The notes under the pieces were generated by a model. The model was not told the DNA's origin, searched no databases, and saw nothing but the letters and a program-made list of their open reading frames with translations. Source: an uncultured Marinoscillum sp. (GTDB lineage: Bacteria; Bacteroidota; Bacteroidia; Cytophagales; MED-G16). From it: a DNA stretch of 64,000 nt. The position numbers and the translations under genes were made by a program. Shown here piece by piece: positions 8,660 through 18,628 of the stretch. Each line of letters begins with the position of its first letter. The stretch's first letter is position 1. The stretch lies in NCBI GenBank assembly GCA_902626505.1, contig CACOFQ010000005.1, forward strand, positions 3,401 through 67,400. Reading direction: 5' to 3'.

Positions 8660-10195
8660 ATGCTTGAAAAAAGATTACGATTTGCTCCAAGTCCTACTGG
8701 TCCTTTACACATTGGAGGACTTAGAACAGCACTTTATAATTATCTAATTTCAAAAAATCAAAAAGGAAAGTTCGTTTTAAGGATTGAGGATACAGATCTA
8801 AAAAGATTTGATAAAAAAGCAGAAAAACACATTACGGACTGTCTAAACTGGTGTGGAATATTTCCAGATGAAAGTCCAATGAAACCTGGAAAATTTGGCC
8901 CTTATAGACAATCTGAACGAAAATCTATTTACAAAAAATATATAAAAAAACTCATTGATAGTGGAAAAGCTTACTATGCATTTGACAGTGTAGATGATTT
9001 GGATAAACTAAGAAAAGAAAAAGAAAAAAAAGGAGAAACATTTATATATAATTGGAAGAATAGAGAAAATTTTATTAATTCTCTAACGGTAAATAAAGAT
9101 GAAAATAAAAATTATATTAATAACAATTATGTAGTAAGATTTAAATCTTATGATAAAGATGATTCTAATGATAAGCTGAAAATAAAAGATGAAATAAGAG
9201 GAGAAATTGAAATAGATTTAAAACTCCAGGATGATAAAATAATTTTTAAAAATGACGGAATGCCTACCTATCATCTGGCAAATGTTGTAGATGATCATTT
9301 AATGAAAATTTCAGATGTTGTTAGAGGAGAAGAATGGCTACCATCTTTACCACTTCACTGGCAATTATATGAATCATTTGGGTGGAAAAAACCTAATTTT
9401 GCACATTTACCTCTAATATTAAAACCTACTGGAAAAGGAAAATTAAGTAAACGAGATGGACAAAAGTTTGGTATTCCTGTATACCCTATTAATTGGAATG
9501 AAGATGATAATATATTTTATGAAGGATTTAAAGAAATTGGATTTGAAAAAACTGCTTTTATAAATTTTGTAAGCATGATAGGATGGAACCCTGGAAATGA
9601 AGATGAGATTTTTGATCTAGATGAATTAGTTAATCAATTTTCTATAAATAGAATAATAAAAAGTGGAGGAAAATATGATTATGAAAAAGCAAAATGGTTC
9701 AATATTGAGCATCTAAAAAAAATATCTAATAAAGAGTTGATAGCTCAATTTGAAGGAGAAATTAGAAAACAGTTCCACAAAATAATTGATATATCAAAAG
9801 TTGATAAAGTAATTGAAATTGTTAGAGAGAGAGTAGAATTTAGAAAAAATATAATAAAAGAAATTCACTCAATAATTGACTACAATATATCTGATTTGAA
9901 AGAAAATATCTCTAAAATTAATTTTAACTCAGAACTTGAAGAAGCTATAAAGTTATTGCTAAAGAATTTAAAAGAAATTAAAAATATTGATACAATCAAA
10001 AATTTTTATTTTAATGAAATGAAAGAAAATAATATTAAAATTGGAGATGGAATGAAAGCTTTGAGAGTATGCATATCGGGTAAACAAAGTGGAGCAGATC
10101 TTTTTTCTCTAATCAATATAATTAAAAGAGAAATTATAATACAAAGAATAAACAACAGCCTTAACACATTAAATGATAAAAATTGGAATAGCTAA
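8660..10195 (+). CDS. gltX: Glutamyl-tRNA synthetase
   Basis: Class I signatures RFAPSPTGPLHIGGLRTA (HIGH) and GKLSKRDG (KMSKS). Confidence 0.95.
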   Translation: MLEKRLRFAPSPTGPLHIGGLRTALYNYLISKNQKGKFVLRIEDTDLKRFDKKAEKHITDCLNWCGIFPDESPMKPGKFGPYRQSERKSIYKKYIKKLIDSGKAYYAFDSVDDLDKLRKEKEKKGETFIYNWKNRENFINSLTVNKDENKNYINNNYVVRFKSYDKDDSNDKLKIKDEIRGEIEIDLKLQDDKIIFKNDGMPTYHLANVVDDHLMKISDVVRGEEWLPSLPLHWQLYESFGWKKPNFAHLPLILKPTGKGKLSKRDGQKFGIPVYPINWNEDDNIFYEGFKEIGFEKTAFINFVSMIGWNPGNEDEIFDLDELVNQFSINRIIKSGGKYDYEKAKWFNIEHLKKISNKELIAQFEGEIRKQFHKIIDISKVDKVIEIVRERVEFRKNIIKEIHSIIDYNISDLKENISKINFNSELEEAIKLLLKNLKEIKNIDTIKNFYFNEMKENNIKIGDGMKALRVCISGKQSGADLFSLINIIKREIIIQRINNSLNTLNDKNWNS

Positions 10196-11366
10196 AGAAC
10201 ACAAAATACCCTTTGATAGTAGAAGCCCCCTGACTCCAAAACAGTCAAAGAAGCTTGATGATTTAAAAGAATTTTCTGTTTGTATTGAAAATAGTAAAAT
10301 TAGATGTTTTTCTGACAATGAGTTTTTAAAAGAAGGAATAAAGGTATATGATGACCTTAACCATTGTGACTTAATTATTGGAATTAAAGAGATCCCTGTA
10401 GAAAAATTAATAAAAGAAAAGACATACCTAATTTTTTCTCATACTATTAAAGAACAGAGTCATAACAGAAATCTTTTAAAAGAAATTATTAACAAAAAAA
10501 TTAAATTAATTGATTATGAGTGTTTAACCCATAACAAAAAAAGAATTATTGCATTTGGAAAATATGCTGGAATAGCAGGAGCATATAATACAATTATGGC
10601 ATATGGATTAAAATATCAGTTGTTTAAACTTAAAAGATTAAAAGAATTTAAGAATAAATTCGAATTATATAAAAACAACAAAGAGTTTATTATTAATCAA
10701 CCAATTAAGATATTAGTAACTGGTAAAGGAAGGGTTTCAAAAGGTTGTGAGGAACTACTCAATTCATTTGGAATAAAAAAAATTTCAATTGATGAATTTA
10801 TAGAGAGAAAATATAAACACCCAACATATTCTGTAATAGATCCTTCTAATTATTATATATCTAAAGAAAATGGCTCATTTAATAAAAAAGATTTTTACGA
10901 TAATCCAAAAAATTATAAATCTAACTTTAAAAGATTTATTAGTAAAACAGATATTTTAATTAATGGTGCTTATTGGAACACTAATTCTCCAAGACTTTTT
11001 GAGGAGAAAGAAATAAACAAAAAATTCAATATTAAAGTTATTGGTGACGTGAGTTGCGATTTAAATGGGTCAATCCCTTGTACAAAAAAAGCATCAACAA
11101 TTGATGAGCCTTTTTTTGATTATTGCATTAATAGCAATAAGATAAAGAAAGCATTTGATAATATAAATAATATAACTATTATGTCTATTGATAACCTTGC
11201 ATCAGAATTACCGAGGGACTCATCTGAATATTTTGGTGAAAAATTAATAAATGAGGTATTACCTTTATTTATAAAAGATGAGAATAATGTATTACAAAAT
11301 GGTACAATAACGAATAAAGGTAAATTGTTGAAAAAATATAATTACTTAAAAGATTATATAAGTTAA
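10173..11366 (+). CDS. Lysine-ketoglutarate reductase-type saccharopine dehydrogenase-like protein (alanine dehydrogenase/PNT family)
   Basis: EHKIPFDSRSPLTPKQ, IIGIKEIP, YLIFSHTIKEQSHNRNLLKEI, LIDYECLT, IIAFGKYAGIAGAYN match the LKR N-terminal pattern. Overlaps the gltX 3' end by 23 nt. Confidence 0.65.
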   Translation: MIKIGIAKEHKIPFDSRSPLTPKQSKKLDDLKEFSVCIENSKIRCFSDNEFLKEGIKVYDDLNHCDLIIGIKEIPVEKLIKEKTYLIFSHTIKEQSHNRNLLKEIINKKIKLIDYECLTHNKKRIIAFGKYAGIAGAYNTIMAYGLKYQLFKLKRLKEFKNKFELYKNNKEFIINQPIKILVTGKGRVSKGCEELLNSFGIKKISIDEFIERKYKHPTYSVIDPSNYYISKENGSFNKKDFYDNPKNYKSNFKRFISKTDILINGAYWNTNSPRLFEEKEINKKFNIKVIGDVSCDLNGSIPCTKKASTIDEPFFDYCINSNKIKKAFDNINNITIMSIDNLASELPRDSSEYFGEKLINEVLPLFIKDENNVLQNGTITNKGKLLKKYNYLKDYIS

Positions 11367-12025
11367 ATTTTAACAGAGTTTAATAACTTGTAGAACTCAT
11401 CTCTTTTATTATAAATATTAAAATCCCCTCCGTACATTTCCGTAACAGTAGAACTAGAATAATCCTTTATTCCCCTAGCAGAAACACAAAGATGTTTCGC
11501 TTCTATAACAACCATTACACTGTCTGTATCTAAAACTTCTTTTAATTCTTTATATATCTGAGTGGTCAATCTTTCTTGGACCTGAGGTCTATGAGAATAG
11601 TATTGAACTATTCTATTCAACTTTGAAAGACCAATAACTTTACCACTAGATATATATGAAACGTGGGCTTTTCCTGTAATTGGTAAAAAATGATGTTCAC
11701 AAGTCGAGTTTAAATCAATGTTTTTCTCGATAAGCATCTTGTTATAATTATACTTATTATCAAATAAAGAAATTCGCGGTTTATTTTCAGGATCCAGTCC
11801 ACTAAAAATTTCTTTAACATACATTTTTGCAACTCTATATGGTGTACCACTTATGCTATCATCATTAAGATCTAAACCTAATTCATCAATAATTTTTGTG
11901 AAATGTTTTTCAATATTTTTTATTTTTTCATCATTTGATTTTACAAAAGCATCTTCCCGTAGAGGAGTATCTAGAGAAAAGATTTCATGATTATCACCAA
12001 TTAATTCGATTTTTTTTGTATCCAT
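11363..12025 (-). CDS. folE: GTP cyclohydrolase I
   Basis: STCEHHFLPITGKAHVSY and RPQVQERLT motifs. Confidence 0.95.
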   Translation of the reverse strand: MDTKKIELIGDNHEIFSLDTPLREDAFVKSNDEKIKNIEKHFTKIIDELGLDLNDDSISGTPYRVAKMYVKEIFSGLDPENKPRISLFDNKYNYNKMLIEKNIDLNSTCEHHFLPITGKAHVSYISSGKVIGLSKLNRIVQYYSHRPQVQERLTTQIYKELKEVLDTDSVMVVIEAKHLCVSARGIKDYSSSTVTEMYGGDFNIYNKRDEFYKLLNSVKI

Positions 12026-12075
12026 ATTTTATAATTTATAATTCTTTTATACTTAAATAAGAAAAAAATGTTACC

Positions 12076-13752
12076 TCAAAACTTAGTATTATCCCGTAAG
12101 GTAACAGTTCTGATAAATTTTTTATCTGAACTTTTATTATCAAGCTTAAAATATCCTTTCCTTTGAAATTGATAATATTTATCATAATCAACATTATTTA
12201 TATTTGATTCAGCATAAACATTTTCAAAATTATTTGACGAATTTTCATTGATAAAAGTTTTGAAATCATTTTCAGGGTTTTCATCTGGAGACTCTATTTT
12301 AAAAAGCTTATCATATACGTCTACTGATATATTTTCACAATTATTTTTATCTACCCAATGAATTGTACCTTTAACCTTTCTTAAACTCTCGGGAGAACCT
12401 GAACCACTTTTTGATTTTTGATCATACGTACAAAATATTTTTTTAATATTCCCTTTATCATCTTTTTCAACACTCTCTCCTTTTATAATATATGCATTTT
12501 TAAGCCTAACCTCTTTACCTAATGTTAATCTAAAAAATTTCCTATTCGCTTCTTCTTTGAAATCTTCCTTTTCTATTAATATGTTTTTGGAAAATGAAAT
12601 TTTACGATTACCATATGTTTTATCCTCTGGATTATTCTCAGCTAATAATGTTTCAGATTGGTTTTCATCATAATTTGTTATAACTACTTCTATTGGGTCA
12701 AAAACAACCATTAAACGATAAGAAATTTTATTTAGAATCTCTCTTGTACAGAAATCTAACAGAGCATAATCAATAATATTTTCCCTTTTAGATACACCAA
12801 CCTTTTCACAAAAATTTAAAATTGCTTGTGGAGGAACGCCTCTCCTTCTTAAACCTGAAATTGTTGGCATCCTAGGATCATCCCATCCTTTTACTAAACC
12901 AGAATCAACTAATTCCGACAATTTTCTTTTACTCATAATGGTATATGATAAATTGAGTCTAGCAAACTCTCTTTGTTTTGGGATTAAACTTTTTTTTGTA
13001 TCTATATTTTGAAGAAACCACTCATATAATTCTCTATGTACTTCAAATTCAAGAGTACAAAAAGAATGTGATACTTGCTCAATAAAATCAGACTGTCCGT
13101 GTGCCCAATCATATGTCGGATATATTTTCCATTTTTCATTAGTTCTATGGTGAGCGGTTTTCATTACTCTATATAAAACAGGATCTCTCATGTGCATATT
13201 AGGAGATGCCATATCAATCTTTGCCCTTAAAACACAGTCTCCAGGTTTATAACCACCAGATTTCATTTTTTGAAATTGACTCAAGTTCTCTTCTATTGAT
13301 TTATCTCTGTAAGGACTATTTACTCCTGGAGAAGTGGGGACCCCTCTTTGATCAGATATTATTTCTTGATCCTGAAAATCAACATAAGCTTTATCCTTTT
13401 CTATTAAATTAATAGCCCATTTATATAATTGATCAAAATAATCTGAAGCATAGCATTCTGAATTCCATTCAAAACCCAACCACTTAATATCTTTTTTTAT
13501 GGAATTAATATATTCAATACTTTCATTTTCAGGATTAGTATCATCAAATCTTAAATTTACTGGGGCTGAAAATATTTTTCCTAAACCAAAATTTAAACAT
13601 ATAGATTTAGCATGGCCAATATGAAGATAACCATTTGGTTCAGGGGGGAACCTAAATTTTAGATCATTTTTATTAAGCCCATTATCTAAATCTTTTCTAA
13701 TAATTAGCTCTAGAAAATTTTCATTATTAATTGGAGAATCAGAATTAGTCAT
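12076..13752 (-). CDS. glnS: Glutaminyl-tRNA synthetase
   Basis: FRFPPEPNGYLHIGHAKS (HIGH) and IMSKRKL (KMSKS). Length 558 aa. Confidence 0.95.
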   Translation of the reverse strand: MTNSDSPINNENFLELIIRKDLDNGLNKNDLKFRFPPEPNGYLHIGHAKSICLNFGLGKIFSAPVNLRFDDTNPENESIEYINSIKKDIKWLGFEWNSECYASDYFDQLYKWAINLIEKDKAYVDFQDQEIISDQRGVPTSPGVNSPYRDKSIEENLSQFQKMKSGGYKPGDCVLRAKIDMASPNMHMRDPVLYRVMKTAHHRTNEKWKIYPTYDWAHGQSDFIEQVSHSFCTLEFEVHRELYEWFLQNIDTKKSLIPKQREFARLNLSYTIMSKRKLSELVDSGLVKGWDDPRMPTISGLRRRGVPPQAILNFCEKVGVSKRENIIDYALLDFCTREILNKISYRLMVVFDPIEVVITNYDENQSETLLAENNPEDKTYGNRKISFSKNILIEKEDFKEEANRKFFRLTLGKEVRLKNAYIIKGESVEKDDKGNIKKIFCTYDQKSKSGSGSPESLRKVKGTIHWVDKNNCENISVDVYDKLFKIESPDENPENDFKTFINENSSNNFENVYAESNINNVDYDKYYQFQRKGYFKLDNKSSDKKFIRTVTLRDNTKF

Positions 13753-13760
13753 TTAAATTC

Positions 13761-14240
13761 TTATAAAGTTGAGTCATCTTTTACAACTTTATCTGCAAGA
13801 TCACTTTTATATCTTTTAAGATTTTCAGATAGATTTGGGTTTGAAATAGCTAAAATTTGAGCAGCTAGAATACCAGCATTTTTTGAGCCATCTAGAGCAA
13901 CCGTTGCCACTGGAACTCCAGCTGGCATTTGTAATATTGACAGAACAGAATCCCAACCATCTATAGAATTTCTTGATTTTATTGGCACACCAATAACTGG
14001 TAAATGAGTATTTGAAGCTACCATTCCAGGTAGGTGAGCAGCACCTCCCGCTCCAGCAATAATTACTTCAATGCCATTCTTATGAGCATTATTACTGTAA
14101 CTCATCATTTTTTCAGGAGTCCTGTGAGCAGAGACAATATTTATATCATAACTTACGCCTAATTCCTTAAGAACTATAGCAGCCTCTTCCATAATTGGAT
14201 AATCTGATTTGCTTCCCATAATAATTCCAACCTTTGACAT
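13761..14240 (-). CDS. purE: N5-carboxyaminoimidazole ribonucleotide mutase
   Basis: VGIIMGSKSDYPIM and IIAGAGGAAHLPGMVAS motifs. Confidence 0.95.
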   Translation of the reverse strand: MSKVGIIMGSKSDYPIMEEAAIVLKELGVSYDINIVSAHRTPEKMMSYSNNAHKNGIEVIIAGAGGAAHLPGMVASNTHLPVIGVPIKSRNSIDGWDSVLSILQMPAGVPVATVALDGSKNAGILAAQILAISNPNLSENLKRYKSDLADKVVKDDSTL

Positions 14241-14242
14241 GT

Positions 14243-15394
14243 CTACCTAGATTTTATTTTAATATTATCTTTTAAAAATTTGGCTTTTTCATAAGCATCC
14301 TCAAATTTATTACAAATTATTGTTACGTGCCCCATTTTTCTGTTTGGTCTTGTCTCCTCTTTACCATAAATATGAAGATTTGCTGAATTAGTTTTAAAAA
14401 CTAAATCAAGGTTTTCATAAAAAACCCTTCCATTATAATTTTCATCTCCAACTAAATTTAACATAACAGCTGATCCTTTATGATTTGATTCTCCTAGGTC
14501 TAAATCTAAAATTGCTCTAATATGTTGCTGATATTGAGAACAACTACATGCTTCTATAGAAAAATGGCCGCTATTATGTGGCCGAGGAGCAATTTCATTT
14601 ACTAAAATTTCACCATTAACTAAAAACATTTCAACAGCTAGGACGCCTACACAATCTAAAGATTCAGATAATTTTATAGCTAATTCTTTAGCTCTAATAT
14701 TTACACTATTAGGAATATTAGCTGGACTTATAACAAATTCAACTTGATTTGAAAGTTTATTAAATTCCATTTCAACAGTATTAAAGCAACTAACTTCACC
14801 ACTAACATTTCTAGTAACAATTACACTTAATTCTTTTTCAAATGACACCATTTCCTCAATAATCATCTCAGACTCTGGCAAACCACTCAAGTCATTAATA
14901 CTGTTTAAGATTTTAACACCAAATCCATCATATCCAAATTTTGTTTTTTTCCAAATACAAGGAAATTCTATTTCATTATTATTAATTGATTCATTTAATT
15001 CATTAATTGATTTATAATACTTAAAGTCGGATGTGGGAATTTTATTATCTCTAAAAAAAGATTTCTGTAAATTTTTATCTTGAATTATTCTTAGAGTTTT
15101 TGATTTATGGAAGACTCTTTTCCCTTCATTCTCTAGTCTTTCGAGAGCATCAACATTAATATGTTCGATTTCAAATGTAATAACATCACAGTCTTTCCCA
15201 AAATTATAAACTGATGTAAAATCATTAAAATCACCACAAACAAATTTATCTGTTAAGTTTTTGCAAGGAGAATTTTCACTGGAATCTAATACTGAGGTTT
15301 TGATATTCATTTTATTACACTCAGTAAGTAACATTTTTCCAAGTTGCCCACCTCCTATTATACCAACTCTTGTATTTAATTTTTCAAAATTCAT
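14243..15394 (-). CDS. purK: N5-carboxyaminoimidazole ribonucleotide synthase (ATP-grasp)
   Basis: VGIIGGGQLGKML N-terminus, ATP-grasp core, NEIAPRPHNSGH motif. Lies immediately upstream of purE. Confidence 0.9.
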   Translation of the reverse strand: MNFEKLNTRVGIIGGGQLGKMLLTECNKMNIKTSVLDSSENSPCKNLTDKFVCGDFNDFTSVYNFGKDCDVITFEIEHINVDALERLENEGKRVFHKSKTLRIIQDKNLQKSFFRDNKIPTSDFKYYKSINELNESINNNEIEFPCIWKKTKFGYDGFGVKILNSINDLSGLPESEMIIEEMVSFEKELSVIVTRNVSGEVSCFNTVEMEFNKLSNQVEFVISPANIPNSVNIRAKELAIKLSESLDCVGVLAVEMFLVNGEILVNEIAPRPHNSGHFSIEACSCSQYQQHIRAILDLDLGESNHKGSAVMLNLVGDENYNGRVFYENLDLVFKTNSANLHIYGKEETRPNRKMGHVTIICNKFEDAYEKAKFLKDNIKIKSR

Positions 15395-15477
15395 GAATGC
15401 AAAAATACATTAATTTATACTCTATTAAAGAAAAACATAAAAGAGCAAATGAAAATAATTGTTCATAAATGAAAATT

Positions 15478-16200
15478 TTATTTCTCAATAAAATTTTTAA
15501 GTGAGTCCAAAGTAATATTGCCTTCATAAAAAGCCCTTCCAAAGATTGCATTATGAACACCAATATCTTTTAATTTTTCTAAGTCTTTAAGATTCCTAAT
15601 CCCTCCTCCAGTAGTTAAATTTATTTGAGGAAACTTTTTTAAAATCTTTTTATAAAGAGAGAAAGGTGGCCCTAACATTGTTCCATCTTTAGAAATATCA
15701 GTAACCTTGATATTCTTCAATCCTTTATTGTGAAAATATTTTATATGATCAATGGGATCAATTTTTGTCTGATATTTCCAACCATTTATTCTTAAGCTTT
15801 TTTTTAAGATGTCAACAGCTAAAACAATCTTTTTATATCCCCATGTAGTTAAGCAATTTAAAAAAATTTCTTTATCATAAACAGGCATACTTCCAAGAGT
15901 CACCTTATTAGCTCCATGTATAAAAGCATTACTTACTTGCTCACTATTTCTCATTCCTCCCGAATAATTTATTTTAATTTTACTGAACTGACTCATCATC
16001 TCTAATAAATTAAAATTATTTTTTTCATACATTTTGGCTGAACCTAAATCAACAACATAGATTTCTTTTACACCCACTTCTTCAAATCTATTAATTATAT
16101 CAATTGGACTTTCAGGGTGTATTTTTAAGGTTCTAAAGTCTCCCGATCTAACATTTACCGTTTGGTTATCTTTAATATATATTGAAGCTACAAGGTTCAT
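15478..16200 (-). CDS. HisA/HisF-family (beta/alpha)8 barrel protein, HisA-like but atypical
   Basis: VVDLGSAK, YSGGMRN, LAVDI...NGW, TDISKDGTMLGPP and TGGGIRN follow the HisA pattern. No other his genes lie nearby. Confidence 0.7.
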   Translation of the reverse strand: MNLVASIYIKDNQTVNVRSGDFRTLKIHPESPIDIINRFEEVGVKEIYVVDLGSAKMYEKNNFNLLEMMSQFSKIKINYSGGMRNSEQVSNAFIHGANKVTLGSMPVYDKEIFLNCLTTWGYKKIVLAVDILKKSLRINGWKYQTKIDPIDHIKYFHNKGLKNIKVTDISKDGTMLGPPFSLYKKILKKFPQINLTTGGGIRNLKDLEKLKDIGVHNAIFGRAFYEGNITLDSLKNFIEK

Positions 16201-16239
16201 GCTCTATTATTAATGAAAAAAAAATTGTAAAACAAGTAA

Positions 16240-16938
16240 TTAGTCTAAAATCAATAATTTAAAACCATGTCCATGGATTGTTTTTATTTCTATTTTAGGA
16301 TCTGATTTAAGGTATTTTCTGAGCTTTGCAATATAAACATCCATACTTCTAGCATTATAATATGAGTCATCACCCCATATTTTAATTAGCGCAGAATTTC
16401 TGTCAACCTTATTATTTAAATTTTCACAAAATAACTTAAGAAGTTCATTCTCTTTAGTTGTTAATTTATATTCTTCTTTCTGATTATACATAAGAATATT
16501 TTGATTGTGTATAAACTCATAATTAGAAATCTTAAACTTCTCTGGTAATTTTATAACTTCTTTTTTAGGAACCCTTTTCATCACCGCTTTAATTCTAGCT
16601 ACTAACTCTTCAATACTGAATGGTTTAGTCAGATAATCATCAGCACCTAAATTAAATGCTTTAATTACATTATCTTTTTGAGACTTAGCTGTTAAAAAAA
16701 TTATAGGAATATCTTGATTTACTTTTCGTATATCTTTAGCAAGAGAAAAGCCATCTTTTTTAGGCATCATAACATCAAGTAAAATAATATCCCAATTTGG
16801 ATCTTCTAAAAATTTTTGAAGGCCATCCTCACCATCAATAGCTAATCTTATATCATAATTTTTAGCTTCTAAATACTCGTTAAGAATTTTGCCAAGATTT
16901 GGATCATCCTCTACAATTAATATCTTAGTCCTTACCAT
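16240..16938 (-). CDS. OmpR/PhoB-family response regulator
   Basis: Receiver domain (ILIVEDD, ILLDVMMPKKDG, LTAKS) plus a winged-helix C-terminus (VYIAKLRKYL...HGHGFKL). Confidence 0.9.
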   Translation of the reverse strand: MVRTKILIVEDDPNLGKILNEYLEAKNYDIRLAIDGEDGLQKFLEDPNWDIILLDVMMPKKDGFSLAKDIRKVNQDIPIIFLTAKSQKDNVIKAFNLGADDYLTKPFSIEELVARIKAVMKRVPKKEVIKLPEKFKISNYEFIHNQNILMYNQKEEYKLTTKENELLKLFCENLNNKVDRNSALIKIWGDDSYYNARSMDVYIAKLRKYLKSDPKIEIKTIHGHGFKLLILD

Positions 16939-18475
16939 AATACAATTTAAAGTTTAAAGTAAATTTTGTACCTTGATTAATCTTACTTTTTAATTTTATT
17001 AAGGCCTTGTGCTTATTTAAAATGTTTTTAACATAAGATAAACCCAATCCAAAGCCTTTAACATTATGTATATTTCCCTGAGGCTCTCTGTAAAACTTAT
17101 CAAAAACTTTTTCAATATTACTCTTTCTAATACCAATTCCTCTGTCAGAAATAATTATTTCTATAGTTTTATCAATATTTCGTGAAGCTATATTAATGAT
17201 CGGTTTCTCTGGCGAATATTTATTTGCATTATCTAAAAGATTATTAATTACATTAAGAAGATGATCATAATTCCCATAAATAAAAGGATTTTCTGCATCT
17301 AGATTTAGATTAAGTACTCCTTCTCTTTTCTTAATTTTAAACTGAATTATATCAAGAGAATCCTTAATTATATCGTGAATATTAATCTTTTCAAATTTAA
17401 TTTTATAACTATCTTTTTCTGTTTTTGCTATATTTAATACTTTTTCAACTTGAAGGCCTAAACGTTTATTTTCATCATTTATAATTTTTATATAATTCTC
17501 TTTTGCATTGTCATTTTTAATATCACTATCAAGTAGAGCTTCAGATGCTAATGAAATTGTTGAAATAGGAGTTTTTAATTCATGAGTCATATTATCAATA
17601 AATTCATTCTTAATTTCTGAAAGTTTTTTTAGTTCAAAGACTTTCAGAATAACATAATAAAAACATAATCCAACAATTACTAAAAAAATGATAGAAAATA
17701 CCATATTAAAAAAATTATTTTCTTGAATAAACTGTTGTTGATTAGGAAAGAAAAGATATAAGTCAAGATTAGAATCCATTAAATCATTCTGAAAAAGATT
17801 TATTTTGAATTCAGACTTTAAAATATCAGGATTATTAGAGCTAGTTAGCTCTATTATATTATTATCATTATTAAAAATTACAAATTCATATTTAAGATTC
17901 AAATTCATTTGTGAAAGGTTAATACCAATTAACTTATCTAAATAGTTAATATCAAATTCAGATTTAATTGTTCTATCATTAGTAAGAAGTTTATTTAATA
18001 TTATCTGAATCATTTCAGACCTATCTAATATTTTATTAATCTGATTTTGCATAGAAGTATCTAAACTTAAATCTTGAAGGTCCTCAATTTGTATTGAGGC
18101 ATTTATACTAGGAGATAATTTTTTTACCTGAGAATTATTAGCTTCTATATCATATTGAAATGAATTTTTAGATGAAGAAACATCAGATGAGTCCAGTGTT
18201 TTTTTATTAAATGTTGATTCAATCAATTCGAAATTACCACTTTCAACACCCCTTCTTATTCTAAAAGTTGCTTGTAAATTGTCTCTTGTTAATGCTAAAA
18301 TCTCTTGTTCCTCGAGTCTTTCATTTACCATATATAAAACATGTTGAACATCTTGCTTAAATCTATCTTCGTTCAATTTATTTAAGTCAGATATCCAATT
18401 AAACTGAAGGAAAAGAATTGAAACTAATGATATAGCTAATAATATAATAATTAACAAAAAATTTTTTTTGTTCAT
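16925..18475 (-). CDS. Sensor histidine kinase
   Basis: Two TM segments flank a domain of about 230 aa. H-box FIDNMTHELKTPIS. N/G boxes NLLDNANKYS, DRGIGI, GFGLGLSY. 14-nt overlap with the regulator gene. Confidence 0.9.
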   Translation of the reverse strand: MNKKNFLLIIILLAISLVSILFLQFNWISDLNKLNEDRFKQDVQHVLYMVNERLEEQEILALTRDNLQATFRIRRGVESGNFELIESTFNKKTLDSSDVSSSKNSFQYDIEANNSQVKKLSPSINASIQIEDLQDLSLDTSMQNQINKILDRSEMIQIILNKLLTNDRTIKSEFDINYLDKLIGINLSQMNLNLKYEFVIFNNDNNIIELTSSNNPDILKSEFKINLFQNDLMDSNLDLYLFFPNQQQFIQENNFFNMVFSIIFLVIVGLCFYYVILKVFELKKLSEIKNEFIDNMTHELKTPISTISLASEALLDSDIKNDNAKENYIKIINDENKRLGLQVEKVLNIAKTEKDSYKIKFEKINIHDIIKDSLDIIQFKIKKREGVLNLNLDAENPFIYGNYDHLLNVINNLLDNANKYSPEKPIINIASRNIDKTIEIIISDRGIGIRKSNIEKVFDKFYREPQGNIHNVKGFGLGLSYVKNILNKHKALIKLKSKINQGTKFTLNFKLYYGKD

Positions 18476-18543
18476 ATTGTAAATTTACTTAAAGTATATT
18501 TTAGTGTTATCTTCGTGAGCTTTTTTAAGTATTTTTAACATAT

Positions 18544-18618
18544 GGGTGATTAGCTCAGTTGGTTCAGAGCACTGCCTTGACAGGGCAGGGGTCACTGGTT
18601 CGAATCCAGTATCACCCA
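18544..18618 (+). tRNA. tRNA-Val, anticodon GAC
   Basis: Cloverleaf folded by hand. Acceptor GGGTGAT/ATCACCC plus discriminator A. D arm AGCTCAGTTGGTTCAGAGC. Anticodon stem CTGCC/GGCAG with loop TTGACAG. T arm CTGGTTCGAATCCAG. CCA not encoded. Confidence 0.9.
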
Positions 18619-18628
18619 CAAATTATTC

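Noticed and set aside
8368-8712. 114-aa minus-strand ORF
   Set aside because: It spans the ridA/gltX junction antisense to both, and both of those genes have strong motifs.
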